DNA from: Macrostomum lignano
Taxonomy: Eukaryota
Direction of reading: 5' to 3'
NCBI GenBank assembly: GCA_002269645.1
Contig: NIVC01000312.1
Span: 186,001-250,000 of the forward strand
DNA length: 64,000 nt
Below are positions 45,681 through 59,340 of the stretch, in pieces (positions within the stretch are counted from its first letter, which is position 1; each line of letters opens with the position of its first letter). The notes under the pieces were generated by a model. The model had not been told where the DNA came from. It did not search any database and saw nothing but the letters and a program-made list of their open reading frames with translations. The position numbers and the translations under genes are program-made.

Positions 45681-48650
45681 ATGGAAAAACAACTCAGCGC
45701 ACTCTTACCTCCTAAGTTCTCTGGCTCTGCAGATTCAAACATCCATATATGGCTGCAGATGTTTGAAGATTTCATTCACCAACGATTCTGAGTGGAATGA
45801 CAGCAAAAGTGCATCCAAGATTAAGCTGCTGCTGACGGGAGAGGCGCTGGTGTTTGTATGGGAGCTTGACGAGGCAAAGAAAGCAAGCTACAAAAGCATC
45901 AAGCAGGCACTGATTGCCTTCTACAGCAGTAAGGAGAACACCTTCCGCGCCATGACTGACTTCGAAACTAGAAAACGGCGCCAAGGAGAGTCACTGCGGG
46001 AATTGTGCTTCGCACTGAAGCTGCTGTACCGTAAGGCGCGCCCGGACCACAGCCAGCAAGTGAGAGACTGCGAGGTGCGTCACCAGCTACTGGCGTTGTT
46101 GCCCAAGGACATCAGGGAGGAATGCTGAAAGAATCTGACTGCAACACTATCAGTCCTGAGACGGTGGCTGACCGTGCCACAGCGCTGGAGAGCATCAATG
46201 GCAACAGGGGAGCGACGGCCAGCGTAGCGGCGACCACAGCGAGCAACCCGATGGCAGACCAGCTGGGCCGGATGCAGGAGCAGCTGACGAAGCTGGCCGC
46301 CACCGTCGCCGCCATCGGTATGCGCGGTGGACAACAGGGCGGAGGAAGAGGCGGCAGTCGAGGCAAAGGCAGCGCTCGAGGAAGAGGTGGCCGCGGCAGG
46401 TGCTTCAACTGCTCAATGCCTGGCCACTTTGCCGCCCAATGCCCAAGCCGACAGTCCGCTTCAGCACCCCAGATCACCTGCTACCTGCTACCGCTGCTCG
46501 GGCAGAGGGCACCGCGCCGATGCCTGTCCAACTCCGGCTTCGGAAAACTGCTGAGGACTGGTGACCGTGGGCCATCACCAGCCCTGCTCAGCAAGGCCCG
46601 ACCTGCCTCTATCTTCCTCCTCGGCAGCATCGCCGGCCAGTCGTGTCGGTGGCTGTTCGACACCGGAGCGCAGGTGACGCTCGTTCTGCTGCGAAGCTAC
46701 GAGCCCTCGGCATCAACGCGCAGCTTCAGCCGCCCCTCAGCGCTCCAGTCGGCATCGACGGCCGACATCTAGAGGCTCCAGCGTGCGCGACTCTGACAGT
46801 GCAGCTGCAAGGACTGCCACCGGTCGTTCACCAGGTGACGGTAGTTGCAGGCATTCAGCCTGAGTGCGTTCTCGGCATGGATGCGATCGGCAGGATGGGG
46901 TCCGCCTTTAGCGTGGACCTGAGTGCTTCTTCTGTCCAGCTGGGGCCGGCTAAGATACCGATTACTACAGAACGACGGCTCCCAGCTGGCTTGCCGAGTG
47001 GTTCCGACTGCCGTGGTAGCGAGGGTGGCCCGCACTGGCGAGGTGCCAGCACGCAGTCGCATGATCGTTCCGGTGAGAGTGGACTCCTCCTCTGAGCAAG
47101 GGCTTTTCGAGCCGAACTCTGACTTCGCTGACAAGACGGGGCTGCTGTCGAACAGGGTGCTCGCGGTGTCGCGGTGTTGTACTGACTGGAGAGCTCTCAA
47201 CGCGTGCACTATCAAGGACGCCTACCCGCTGCCTCCGCTGTCCGTCGCCCTGGACGCGCTGACGGGGAGTAGCTGGTTCAGCACTCTAGACCTTCGACAG
47301 GGCTTTCTTCAGGTGGAGATCAGGGAGCAGGACCGCGAGAAGACTGCCTTCTACAGCACCCAGGGCCTGATGAAGTACAAGAAGCTGGGGTTCGGACGCA
47401 CCGGAAACCTTCCAGCGTCTCATGGACCTGACCATGTGCGGCATGAATTGGACGGAGGTGCTCACCTACATGGACGACCTGATCCTGTTCAGCTCGACGT
47501 TCGACAGCCATGTCCAGACGCTCGAGAAAGTCCTGGAAAGGCTCCAGTCAGCCGGTCTGAAGCTCAACAAGCGCAAGAGCTGCTTCTGCTACCAGGAGGT
47601 CGAGTACCTGGGTCACGTGATTTTAGCAGATGGCATCCGTCCGACTCAGGAAAAGATCAGCGCGATAAAGGCCATCTCGACACCAACCTGCGCAGAGGAC
47701 GGCCGGTTCGTCCCGCACTTCGCCAGAATCGCCAGCCCGCTGCACCAGGCCACTCAAAAGGGACGGCGGTTCTCCTGAACGGAGGAGTGCGAGCGAGGCC
47801 TGCAGAAGCTGAAAGCAGCGCTGACTTCCCCACCGGTGCTGCGGCTGCCTGATTTCTCCAAAGAGTTCCAGCTGACCTGCGACAGCAGCGGCGTGGCCAT
47901 CGCCGGTGTCCTCAGTCAGCTCCACGAAGGTGTCGAGTGCCCGGTCGCCTACGCCTCGAGAGTGCTTAACAAGGCCGAGCGCAACTATTCAACGACTCAC
48001 AGGGAGCTGCTGGCGATCGTGTGGGCGATGATCGCCTGCGATGATCGGCGCTGGTCGTCTGCCTGGACCACCAGCGACATCCTTGACGCACAGCAGGCCG
48101 ATGCGATGCTGGCCGCCATTCGGAAGCTCTTGACAGGTCAGACACCGCGGCAAGGCAGGCCAGCGGTCGAGGCAGCAGCAATCGTGGCGGCTGAACGGCT
48201 GGAGATCGACGACGGCGGCATCATCAGGCGCGGCGGCGAGCCAGTCATTGCGTTGCAGCTCCGTCAGGAGCTGCTAAGGCTGGCGCACGATGACCCAGCG
48301 AGCGGACACCTCGGGCCCGAGCGAATTCTGGCAAGGATTGACGGTAAGGGCTGGTTCTCACTCAATTTCATCTATACGCCTTCCTTCGCCACGGCCTTAG
48401 GCCACGCCTCTGCCACTCTCAGCCACGCGACTCTACTACTTAACTATCCAACTCGTCGTTGCGTAGCCGCCAGTGCACCGTTACGAATCCATCCTGTACT
48501 TTTGTTGACAATAAATCAAGTCTGCAGCCATTGATTGCATTAACATTAACTATAACTGATATTACGGCCAAGTGCTACCGCTACAAATTTGCCTCTGCCA
48601 TTCATTTGCCTTCGCTTATTCTCGAGGCTGCCACACTAGTATTCGTCACA
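45681..48650 (+). mobile_element. Degenerate Gypsy LTR retrotransposon: gag, two CCHC knuckles, protease, RT, RNase H, integrase start, truncated 3' LTR
   Basis: ATG 45681 PPKFSG; CFNCSMPGHFAAQC and CYRCSGRGHRADAC; DTGA; KTAFYSTQGL, YMDDL; TCDSS...YASRVL..AERNYS; AHD..ASGHLG; LTR ~48370-48650 ending CGTCACA. Confidence 0.85.
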
Positions 48651-50094
48651 CGGTCGTATCTTAGCCCTCTAGCTATGAAAAGCTAGATAAAAAAGTACCT
48701 CATGGACGAATAAACTTAATATTATCGGCTACTCGTAAAGTACTAGGAATAATTGCTTCAATTTAGCTATTTCAGCGATCGTTTCATTTTAACAAAGTTC
48801 CTCTCTTTAGTCGGCACAGACAAGAAATAATTAAGAGATTTCATGCCAACTAGCAGTTTTATGGAAAATGAATTTAAATAAGTGGGTTGAGAATCGGTTA
48901 GCTGAAGTACATTTAGAACTATAATCTAGCTAGCTATACATAAACTAACTATAGAGATGCCTGAGAGATCACAGATGGATATGAATCTATCTAAATGTAT
49001 AATAACAGCAGTATGTGGCAAACACTTTCTTTCTTTTTGACAGACTTTTTGGCAGGCAAAAATCTATGTTCCGAGAAGGAAATTATCGATTTTAAAGAGC
49101 CCTCCATACAAAAGTTTCAACTAGTATCGTAAAGACAGCTTTCCTGCTTTTATGTCAAAAATTTATATAAGCGTTAATATTTACATGAATAACTGCATTA
49201 TAAAAAAATCTGACTCCTTCATTGGAAATGAAATGTTGAAAGATTGGTTAAATTACGCGTGAATTTTGTCACGGTACACCCCATCTTCAACGTCACGGAT
49301 TAGCGTATTTATTCGAGTACGAAATAAAAAGAGCAGCACGGGACTGCGTGATGAGTGAGGCATGACTCAAAAAAAGATAATTACGCAAAAAGTGTTCACG
49401 TGTGTACAATGTCTACATGTAGCTGATCAGGAACTATAGGATATACCATGCAGGCTTACAACTGCTTAGTTCATGTTGGGATCACTGCAACGCCACCACT
49501 CTGAAATCGAATTATGACTTACTTTAATTAAAATCTTTAATAAAGCCATTAGTTAAGCTATTAATAAAGCCATTAGCCATTAAAATATATGGACATCATG
49601 GACATCAGTCAAATTGTAACAGAATACGAATTACTTTGTCAGTATCGTGGTCAAATAAAGTAGGAGTCGCAAATTTTTTGCTTTTGACTGCATGTTCATG
49701 ATACTGGAGACGGGAAGAGAAGCAATTTGCCGGCAGAATTTTAGCCGCTCCATGTCTTTTCAATGTATTCTAAATCATTGTATTCACACATTTTTTGCCA
49801 GGCCTGTCTATAGTATGAAACTCAAGGACGACTAAAGTAAAGTACGAGCGATATATATCTACTTAAGTAGTCCTTGATGACACTATTAAACACTTTTGCG
49901 AGCTAAAATAGCCCTAGAGCGTCTTTGACATTGCAAAACACAGTGAAACTTAATCTTCAGTAAATCTTGCAGAATTCGTGAGTGCAGCGTCCGTCTACTT
50001 TATTTAGCATCTCTGGTTATAGATTAAACGTACACCACGAACACCTTTGCCGTCGTGTACTATACTCATCATTTGTTGCGTATGACGCCCCACT

Positions 50095-50788
50095 TCATTC
50101 GCTGGCCACGGCCGACTCCACCTCACGCATCAGCCGAAGACAGACGTCCTCGCGCCAAGGCAGGGCAGCGCACTGCACCGCGACGGGCAGACCGAGCGAG
50201 CCTTCCTGTAAGCCCCGTACGCCGGCTTCCCAGGCTGGTCCATCCGACGGTAGTTGCAATGCGTCCAAATCTGACTGCGTCACCCGGGTCACGGGCAGCA
50301 CACCAGCTGGCAGACTGAACAGATTAAACAGCACATTGTAGGCCAGGCACGGCAGCATCACCGTCTGATCATCAACTGGCGGTGCCGGGGTCGCGTTGCC
50401 CGGACAGAGCACCGCGTCAAAGCCGCGTCGCTGCCAGTCGGCCAGAAACTCGGTTCGCCGGTCGAGAACGCGTTGTGACAGAGCCCAAAGATCGTAAACC
50501 GAGCCAACTCCGGCGAGGCAATCAACCGCCAGAGCGACTTCCGGGTCGCCTAGCAACCGGATTAATCGAGAGAGGCTACGACGAAGCGACGCTGGGACGA
50601 GCAAAACGCTGGCAAATTTTGCTACTGACGCAGATTTAACGTCGTGACGTATCTGGTCCGCCATGTAGCGGCCAGCGTCGGACCAAATGCAGCGGGCGTA
50701 GGTCTCAACGATGGGAAATCCCTCGGCTGAAAAGCTGGGCGGCAGCGTCCAGGGGACTAGGCGGTGGCCTCGTGCGGCCAAGCGGTCT
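50095..50788 (-). CDS. FAAH: FAAH-like amidase, last exon
   Basis: Acceptor caacag at 50789, phase-2 join gives LLARDRLAARGH; DAVLCP, YNVLFN...PAGVLPV, GLPVAVQ. Confidence 0.88.
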
Positions 50789-50999
50789 CTGTTGAAATTT
50801 TAATAATCGAATATAATGATAACGATGTTTCTAGGATATTGGGTTGAAGTTGTTCTACTTGCGATGCATGTATTTAAAGAGCTCAATAGTCTAAAAGCCA
50901 GTTATCAAAGGTATGTCAACTTAAGCACTGGAATGGAGCTCATAAGTCCCAGTCTCTAAACTCATAAACTGACTAGTTTGTGTTTAAAAACTAACTGAC

Positions 51000-51481
51000 C
51001 TAGCCAGAAGCACCGCCCGCTCCATGCACGGCGCTGCCCGCAGCTGCCCATTGGACACCATGTAGCCGATGGTCATCTTGGCTTCTACTGCCATCGCCGC
51101 CTCCAGCTCCAGCGCCATGGGTGGCACTGTCGGATCGGTGAGTTCTGCCGGGAGCGGCATCGGCGGCTCCAGTAGGCACTCCAGCAGCAGAGCCAGCGAA
51201 TCAACATCCGGAGCCATGGGTCCCCAGGCCGGTTCCACCAGACGCTGTGGCCCGGTGCCGCGCATGCCCAGTCGGCTCAGGCGGCCGCCGGTGACCTTCA
51301 GGCTAGCGACGCCGCACCAGGCGGCCGGAGTGCGCACACTGCCCCCAATGTCCGTGCCCAGGCCCAGCGGCGAGCCACCGGCCGCGATCAGGGCGCCCTC
51401 GCCGGAGCTGCTACCGCCTGGACAGCGGCTCCGGTTGGCTGGATTCAGCACCGTGCCATCAATTGGGTTGCTGCTGAGCAC
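51000..51481 (-). CDS. FAAH: FAAH-like amidase exon carrying the amidase signature
   Basis: NP...PGGSSSGEGALIA..GS.LGLGTDIGGSVRTPA (both catalytic Ser); acceptor 51482, donor 50999. Confidence 0.92.
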
Positions 51482-51864
51482 CTGTATGAAGTTTGATGCG
51501 ATATTTAGGCCGAGGGTAGTAATTCTAACGCGTCAAAGCTATATAAAAAGACCATTATTCCTCATCCAAGGGCTTCCAATATTAATATATAGCTGGAATG
51601 CGATTTTTTTAATGGAAGTTAATTTAAAACTTTTGTTTAAAAAAATTTATTTGATTTATTTATTTTATTTGTTATTTGGAAAAAATTAATTATAGCAAGA
51701 AATTGCAGAAGTAGTGTGTACTTTAAGCGGACTTTAGTGTGGAATGCACCGGAAATCGGATGGGGTTCTACCGCGGACAGTCTTGGAATGAGAGGAAGCT
51801 TTCCAGACAAATTATTTTCAACCGAGATTACATCCGGTACCCTGCTCAGACCGCGAGACAGCCA

Positions 51865-52530
51865 AATGTCAAATACAGTCAACAGTCAAATGTCAAATAC
51901 AGTCAAATGTCAACTGCAGTCAAATGGCAAATACAGTCAAATGTCAACTGCAGTCAAATGTCAAATACAGTCAAATGTCAAATACTGTCAAATGTCAAAT
52001 ACAGTCAAATGTCAAATACAGTCAAATGTCAAATACAGTCAAATTTCAACTACAGTCAAATGTCAACTACAGTCAAATGTCAAATACAGTCAAATGTCAA
52101 ATACAGTCAAATGTCAAATCAGTCAAATGTCAAATACAGTCAAATGTCAAATCAGTCAAATGTCAAATACAGTCAAATGTCAAATACAGTCAAATGTCAA
52201 ATACAGTCAAATGTCAAATACAGTCAAATGTCAAATACAGTCAAATGTCAAATACAGTCAAATGTCAAATACAGTCAAATGTCAAATACAGTCAAATGTC
52301 AACTACAGTCAAATGTCAAATACAGTCAAATGTCAAATCAGTCAAATGTCAAATACAGTCAAATGTCAAATACAGTCAAATGTCAAATACAGTCAAATGT
52401 CAAATCAGTCAAATGTCAAATACAGTCAAATGTCAAATACAGTCAAATGTCAAATCAGTCAAATGTCAAATACAGTCAAATGTCAAATACAGTCAAATGT
52501 CAAATACAGTCAAATGTCAAATACAGTCTA
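51865..52530. repeat. 17/16-bp minisatellite (CAGTCAAATGTCAAATA) in the FAAH intron
   Basis: Direct reading, about 40 units. Confidence 0.95.
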
Positions 52531-52580
52531 CACCGTAAAATAAAGCAAAATCCCACGCTCTACCCCAGTTTGCGACTCAC

Positions 52581-53254
52581 CGACAGCATCGTCTGCGGCA
52601 CGACAGTCCGCACGAACGGCACCCCACCAAGCGCTTTGATCTGCCGCACCGGCAGGCAGTCTGCCTCGGCCGGTTGGCCGACAAACACCGAGCAGCCAAC
52701 GCAGGCGTCTCTGCCGGCCATGACGAAATTCTCCTTGACGCTCACCGGCAGGCCTTTCAACGGGCCGGCCAGGTTCACCTCGGACAGGTCCGGATGCAGG
52801 AACTCGGCCACGCAGTTCAGGCTCTGGTCCGCTCGATAGGCGCGGCGCTGATAAGCTAGCAGGACTCGGTCCTGACCGAGCCGACCGTCGCGCAGTGCGG
52901 CGACGAGCTGGCGAGCTGTAAGGGCCGCTATCTCGGCCTCTTCAGCATCGGACATTGTCTGGCTTGCCAGGTAGGCGCCAAACTCGGCCTTGGCTCGACG
53001 ACGTTCGGCGCGTTTCGCATTCAGAGCGGCGCGTAAGCGACGTCGTCGGCGACAGTCGTTTAGAAGTCGACGCCCGAGCAGAGCGATGAGAAGGCCGCCG
53101 CCTGCAGTTGCAGCGATTGCTACCGCGGTAGCGACCTTCGAGTTGATGGACAACGACGGCAGGTTTTGGTGAATGCGGCGAGCAAAGGGCAGCGAGGTGA
53201 GCACGGCGGCTGCGGAGACGGCGAGATAGCGCGGCTGCTGGTGCTGATCGATTT
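52581..53254 (-). CDS. FAAH: FAAH-like amidase exon with membrane anchor and catalytic Lys
   Basis: VAIAATAGGGLLIALLG TM segment; GPLKGLPVSVKEN; donor TCG|gtgagt at 52580; candidate acceptor gtgcag at 53255. Confidence 0.85.
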
Positions 53255-53292
53255 CTGCACACGCCGATGCAAGGATGCGATAGTTATTGTTG

Positions 53293-53402
53293 CTCACTCA
53301 CTCACTCACTCACTCACTCACTCACTCACTCACTCACTCACTCACTCACTCACTCACTCACTCACTCACTCACTCACTCACTCACTCACTCACTCACTCA
53401 CA
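53293..53402. repeat. (TCAC)n microsatellite, about 27 units
   Basis: Direct reading. Confidence 0.95.
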
Positions 53403-53465
53403 AAGTCATAAAAGCAACATATGAATTGACTCAGTTAATGCTAATATGAATATCTTTTTACTCAC

Positions 53466-53472
53466 CGGGCAT
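53466..53472 (-). CDS. FAAH: Predicted 7-nt coding first exon of the FAAH-like gene (ATG CCC G)
   Basis: G|gtgagt donor at 53465, phase-compatible with the 53254 exon (MPEIDQH...); TATAAAG at 53617-53611 and CAGT at ~53590 upstream. Confidence 0.5.
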
Positions 53473-54651
53473 TTCGCGTTTTGGCTTCAAAATTATTGTT
53501 GTGCTCAAACGGCTGATGCGAAATGGATTGTTGAGCTCTCTTAGGGTTTTCAACAATGGCAGCGCTTATTTATGTTGCAGAGCAAGACTGTTTTGCACTT
53601 GGCCATGCGGCTTTATAAATAGAGACTGTACATTTGAGCCCCATAAATAAGCAGTGTATAGCAGTTGAAATGACACAAAATATGGCTAAATTCACGATAA
53701 GAAACACACCTGGACACTCCCCCGTACCATGCGCATGGACAGCTGAATTGGAACAAAGCATTCTTATTTCTTAGAAATGAGTTCGGAGAGCAAACGCATA
53801 GCGATGAATGGGGTTTTACCATAGACAAATTTAGTTGAGGAAAATCTACGTTTGAAGTATCCGATTGGACAAAGAAGCTCTATAATTACCATCTGGAGTG
53901 GAAAGAGAAAATGCTAAAATTTAATTCTCTACGAGAACACGTGAGGCCAGCAGTTTTTGCATATCATTTCATTCGTATCAACATTTCTTGTTGATAAATT
54001 TCTTATAAATGTACGCAAAATTTTTTTGTTAGTTTGAATCCAGGTTTTCTACTCAAAACAAGTTCCCACTCCAGATGCTAGTTATAGAACTCCTTTGTTT
54101 AAAGTGACTTCCCGTTTTCGCAACCACTTTAAAGTCACTTTCCAGGAGTGGTTATTGCCATAGATTTATATTTTTCGGGATTTAAGAAACCTTACCAGAC
54201 TCCATGCCATTTCTAAGAAATCAAGTGTAGGGACTTCTACTTCAGCTGTCCATGACCATGACATGAACTTACTATTAAGGCCTCAGTGACCTAGCAAGTT
54301 ATAACGTGCAATTATTATCAAATTCAACTGCTAGTTTACCACAGGTTGGTTGCACTCTAAAATTCTGTGAAGTAGCAAGGTACAAACCATATCAACCAAC
54401 TAGTGAGAACACTTATGCGACACGTAGTCTAATTAAAGAGCTTATTCCCTTTCGAAGACCTGTTTTACTTTGAAGCGCATTAGCGAAATTGAAAATTATC
54501 AGTTCTTACGTGGAACAAAAAAGCCTGTTTTGAAAAAAAGTTGAAATTTCAAAGTAAAGCGCCTGAATTTCCTGCAGTTTAGAGGCTGGAATGAAAGCTC
54601 ACCCTTTTTATTGCTTTCACTGTGCATCTCGAGGAACAGTGCCGTATTGTA

Positions 54652-54915
54652 GGTCACTGACCCATTTGTGTCGTATTGGTACCGGTATATCACTGACTCA
54701 CCTGCGTCTGTTTGGCAGGTCACTGACTCACCTGCGTCTGTTTGGCAGGTCACTGAGTCATTTGTGTCTGTTTGGCAGGTCACTGACTCACCTGTGTCTG
54801 CTTGGCAGGTCACTGACTCACCTGTGTCTGTTTGGCAGGTCACTGACTCATCTGTGTCTGCTTGGCAGGTCACTGACTCACCTGTGTCTTTTCCTGGGCC
54901 ACTGACCTATTTGAT
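54652..54915. repeat. 30-bp minisatellite (GTCACTGACTCACCTGTGTCTGTTTGGCAG)
   Basis: Direct reading; shares a core with the 55542-58920 array. Confidence 0.9.
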
Positions 54916-55541
54916 CAGATTAAATTCAGATATTTTTTATTTGAAAATTGTTTCGATTTTCAGCTCAGCTCAAAGCTTTATTATTTTATTCTTCGCTCTG
55001 GTGAGCAGCCAAACGACCACTTTGAAAGTGTAGCCATGGTAAAAGAAGCTGCATATTGAATTACTTTCTACTGTACCTTCGCTACGTCGATATCTTCATC
55101 ATTCCTCTAATCTGTAATCCGAGTGAGGTTCGCAAGCTGCTTAGCTTGAGCTTCAGATCCGGGATCTCCCCGGGACAGAAATCGCCGCCGCCCCCACGAG
55201 CTCAAGACCCCGAGCGAGGCCCTCGGTGTCGGGTCTCAAAGCGATTGGCTCGTTGGAATTGAAACCGCATGTATCCATTGAAAGGAGATTCTTAAATACT
55301 ATCAAGCTACATACACAGGTTGAGCCTAGTCATCTCTGGTTTCCGATGGGGTTAAATGATCTGCATTTTTAGCTGAAGTAAAATCAATTTGCTTTTTGAG
55401 CATATTTTCCAGCCTTCCGATGCTATACGACCAGTGCAAATCTCAGTGCCTCTGACAGTGCAAGACTATGCTCATGGCGGTATGAGCAGCAAGGATTGTC
55501 AAAGAATACTATTGTTAGTTCAGAGGAACTTCTTAGTTGGT

Positions 55542-58500
55542 TACTGACCCATCTGTCTTTATCCAGGCCACTGACCCATCTGTCTTTATCCAGGCCACTG
55601 ACCCATCTGTCTTTATCTAGGCCACTGACCCATCTGTCTTTATCCAGGCCACTGACCCATCTGTGTCTTTATCTAGACCACTGACCCATCTGTCTTCATC
55701 TAGGCCACTGACCCATCTGTCTTTATCTAGGCCACTGACCCATCTGTCTTTATCTAGGCCACTGACCCATCTGTCTTTATCCAGGCCACTGACCCATCTG
55801 TGTCTTTATCTAGGTCATTGACCCATCTGTGTCTTTTCCTAAGCCACTGACCCATTTGTGTCTTTTCCTAAGCCACCGACCCATCTGTGTCTTTTCCTAA
55901 GCCACTGACCCATCTGTGTCTTTTCCTAAGCCACTGACCCATCTGTGTCTTTATCCAGGCCACTGACCCATCTGTCTTTATCTAGGCCTCTGACCCATCT
56001 GTCTTTATCTAGGCAACTGACCCTTCTGTGTTTTTTCCTAAGCCACTGACCCATCTGTGTCTTTTCCTAAGCCACCGACCCATCTGTGTCTTTTCCTAAG
56101 CCACTGACCCATCTGTGTCTTTTCCTAAGCCACTGACCCATCTGTGTCTTTATCCAGGCCACTGACCCATCTGTCTTTATCTAGGCCTCTGACCCATCTG
56201 TCTTTATCTAGGCAACTGACCCTTCTGTGTTTTTTCCTAAGCCACTGACCCATCTGTGTCTTTATCTAGGCCACTGACCCGTCTGTGTCTTTATCTAGGT
56301 CATTGACCCATCTGCGTCTTTTCCTAAGCCACTGACCCATCTGTGTCTTTATCTAGGCCACTGACCCATCTGTGTCTTTATCTAGGTTATGACCCATCTG
56401 CGTCTTTTTCTAAGCCACTGACCCATCTGTGTCTTTATCTAGGCCACTGACCCATCTGTGTCTTTATCTAGGTCATTGACCCATCTGCGTCTTTATCCAG
56501 GCCACTGACCCATCTGTCTTTATCCAGGCCACTGATCCATCTGTCTTTATCTAGACCACTGACCCTTCTGTGTCTTTTCCTAAGCCACTGACCCATCTGT
56601 GTCTTTATCTAGGCCACTGACCCGTCTGTGTCTTTATCTAGGTCATTGACCCATCTGCGTCTTTTCCTAAGCGACTGACCCATCTGTGTCTTTATCTAGG
56701 CCACTGACCCATCTTTGTCTTTATCTAGGTCATTGACCCATCTGTGTCTTTTCCTAAGCCACTGACCCATTTGTGTCTTTTCCTAAGCCACTGACCCATC
56801 TGTGTCTTTTCCTAAGCCACTGACCCATCTGTGTCTTTATCCAGGCCACTGACCCATCTGTCTTTATCTAGGCCTCTAACCCATCTGTCTTTATCTAGGC
56901 TACTGCCCTTCTGTGTTTTTTCCTAAGCCACTAACCCATTTGTGTCTTTTCCTAAGCCACTGATCCATCTGTGTCTTTTCCTAAGCCACTGACCCATCTG
57001 TGTCTTTATCTAGGCCACTGACCCATCTGTGTCTTTATCTAGGTCATTGACCCATCTGTGTCTTTTCCTAAGCCACTGACCCATCTGTGTCTTTATCTAG
57101 GCCACTGACCCAACTGTGTCTTTATCTAGGTCATTGACCCATCTGTGTCTTTTCCTAAGCCACTGACCCATCTGTGTCTTTTCCTAAGCCACTGACCCAT
57201 CTGTGTTTTTATCCAGGCCACTGACCCATCTGTTTTTATCTAGGCCTCTGACCCATCTGTCTTTATCTAGGCCACTGACCCTTCTGTGTTTTTTCCTAAG
57301 CCACTGACCCATCTGTGTCTTTTCCTAAGCCACTGACCCATCTGTGTCTTTATCTAGGCCTCTGACCCATCTGTCTTTATCTAGGCCACTGACCCATCTG
57401 TGTCTTTATCTAGGCCATTAACCCATCTGTGTCTCTTTTTAGGCAACCGACCCATCTGTGTCTTTATCTAGGCCTCTGACCCATCTGTGTCTTTATCTAG
57501 GCCTCTGACCCATTTGTGTCTTTATCTAGGCCACTGACCATCTGTCTATTTCTAGGTCATTGACCAATATGTATCTTTATATAGGTCACTGATACATGTC
57601 TATTTCTAGGTCACTGACTCATATGTGTCTCTTTTTAGGTCATTGACCCATCTGTGTCTTTTCCTAAGCCACTGACCCATCTGTGTCTTTATCTAGGCCA
57701 CTGACCCATCTGTGTCTTTATCTAGGTCATTGACCTATCTGCGTCTTTTCCTAAGCCACTGACCCATCTGTGTCTTTATCTAGGCCACTGACCCAACTGT
57801 GTCTTTATCTAGGTCATTGACCCATCTGTGTCTTTTCCTAAGCCACTGACCCATCTGTCTTTATCCAGGCCACTGATCCATCTGTCTTTATCTAGACCAC
57901 TGACCCTTCTGTGTCTTTTCCTAAGCCACTGACCCATCTGTGTCTTTATCTAGGCCACTGACCCATCTGTGTCTTTATCTAGGTCATTGACCCATCTGCG
58001 TCTTTTCCTAAGCCACTGACCCATCTGTGTCTTTATCTAGGCCACTGACCCATCTGTGTCTTTATCTAGGTCATTGACCCATCTGTGTCTTTTCCTAAGC
58101 CACTGACCCATTTGTGTCTTTTCCTAAGCCACTGACCCATCTGTGTCTTTTCCTAAGCCACTGACCCATCTGTGTCTTTATCCAGGCCACTGACCCATCT
58201 GTCTTTATCTAGGCCTCTGACCCATCTGTCTTTATCTAGGCCACTGACCCTTCTGTGTTTTTTCCTAAGCCACTGACCCATTGGTGTCTTTTCCTAAGCC
58301 ACTGACCCATCTGTGTCTTTATCTAGGCCACTGACCCATCTGTGTCTTTATCTAGGTCATTGACCTATCTGCGTCTTTTCCTAAGCCACTGACCCATCTG
58401 TGTCTTTATCTAGGCCACTGACCCAACTGTGTCTTTATCTAGGTCATTGACCCATCTGTGTCTTTCCCTAAGCCACTGACCCATCTGTGTCTTTTCCTAA

Positions 58501-58920
58501 GCCACTGATCCATCTGTGTTTTTATCCAGGCCACTGACCCATCTGTTTTTATCTAGGCCTCTGACCCATCTGTCTTTATCTAGGCCACTGACCCTTCTGT
58601 GTTTTTTCCTAAGCCACTGACCCATCTGTGTCTTTATCTAGGCCTCTGACCCATCTGTGTCTTTATCTAGGCCACTGACCCATCTGTGTCTTTATCTAGG
58701 CCATTGACCCATCTGTTTCTCTTTTTAGGCCACCGACCCATCTGTGTCTTTATCTAGGCCTCTGACCCATCTGTGTCTTTATCTAGGCCACTGACCATCT
58801 GTCTATTTCTAGGTCATTGACCAATATGTATCTTTATATAGGTCACTGATACATGTCTATTTCTAGGTCACTGACTCATATGTGTCTCTTTTTAGGTCAC
58901 TGACCCATCTGTGTCTTTTC
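55542..58920. repeat. 3.4-kb minisatellite of 27-29-bp units (CCACTGACCCATCTGTGTCTTTATCTAGG variants)
   Basis: Direct reading; block duplications visible. Confidence 0.95.
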
Positions 58921-59099
58921 CTTTGGTTCTGGCGCCCTTTAATGCCGAAAATATTTCTTGCAGATACAAGCTAGAAGACTGCACTCACATAAAAAATTAG
59001 CTTAAATATTATAGGTTCTAGAAAAGCTGATTTATCATAAAACGACCCGTGGTAGCTAAAATTATGGCATAAAAAATTGCCAGAGGAAGGTAAAGAAAG

Positions 59100-59340
59100 G
59101 GAATGGAATAAATAGAGATTATAGAAGAGAGATAAGAGAAAGGAGAGGCGAAAGAATAAAGAAGAGAGGAGAGAAGCGATAAAATAGAAGATTAGAGAGA
59201 GGAGATGGGAAGAGAAGAAGAGAAGAGTAAGAAGAGGAGAGAGGAGGGGAGAGATGTAGAGAGGAGAGGAGAGGATAGAAAAGGAGAAAAACGAGATGAG
59301 AGAAGAGATTCGACTAGGGGAGCTGAGAAGAGACACAAAA
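59100..59340. repeat. Purine-rich (GA) low-complexity tract
   Basis: Direct reading. Confidence 0.8.

Noticed and set aside
51716-52839. Repetitive ORFs of 204-366 aa, and those at 34536-35234 and 54499-55033
   Set aside because: Derived from intronic or intergenic minisatellites
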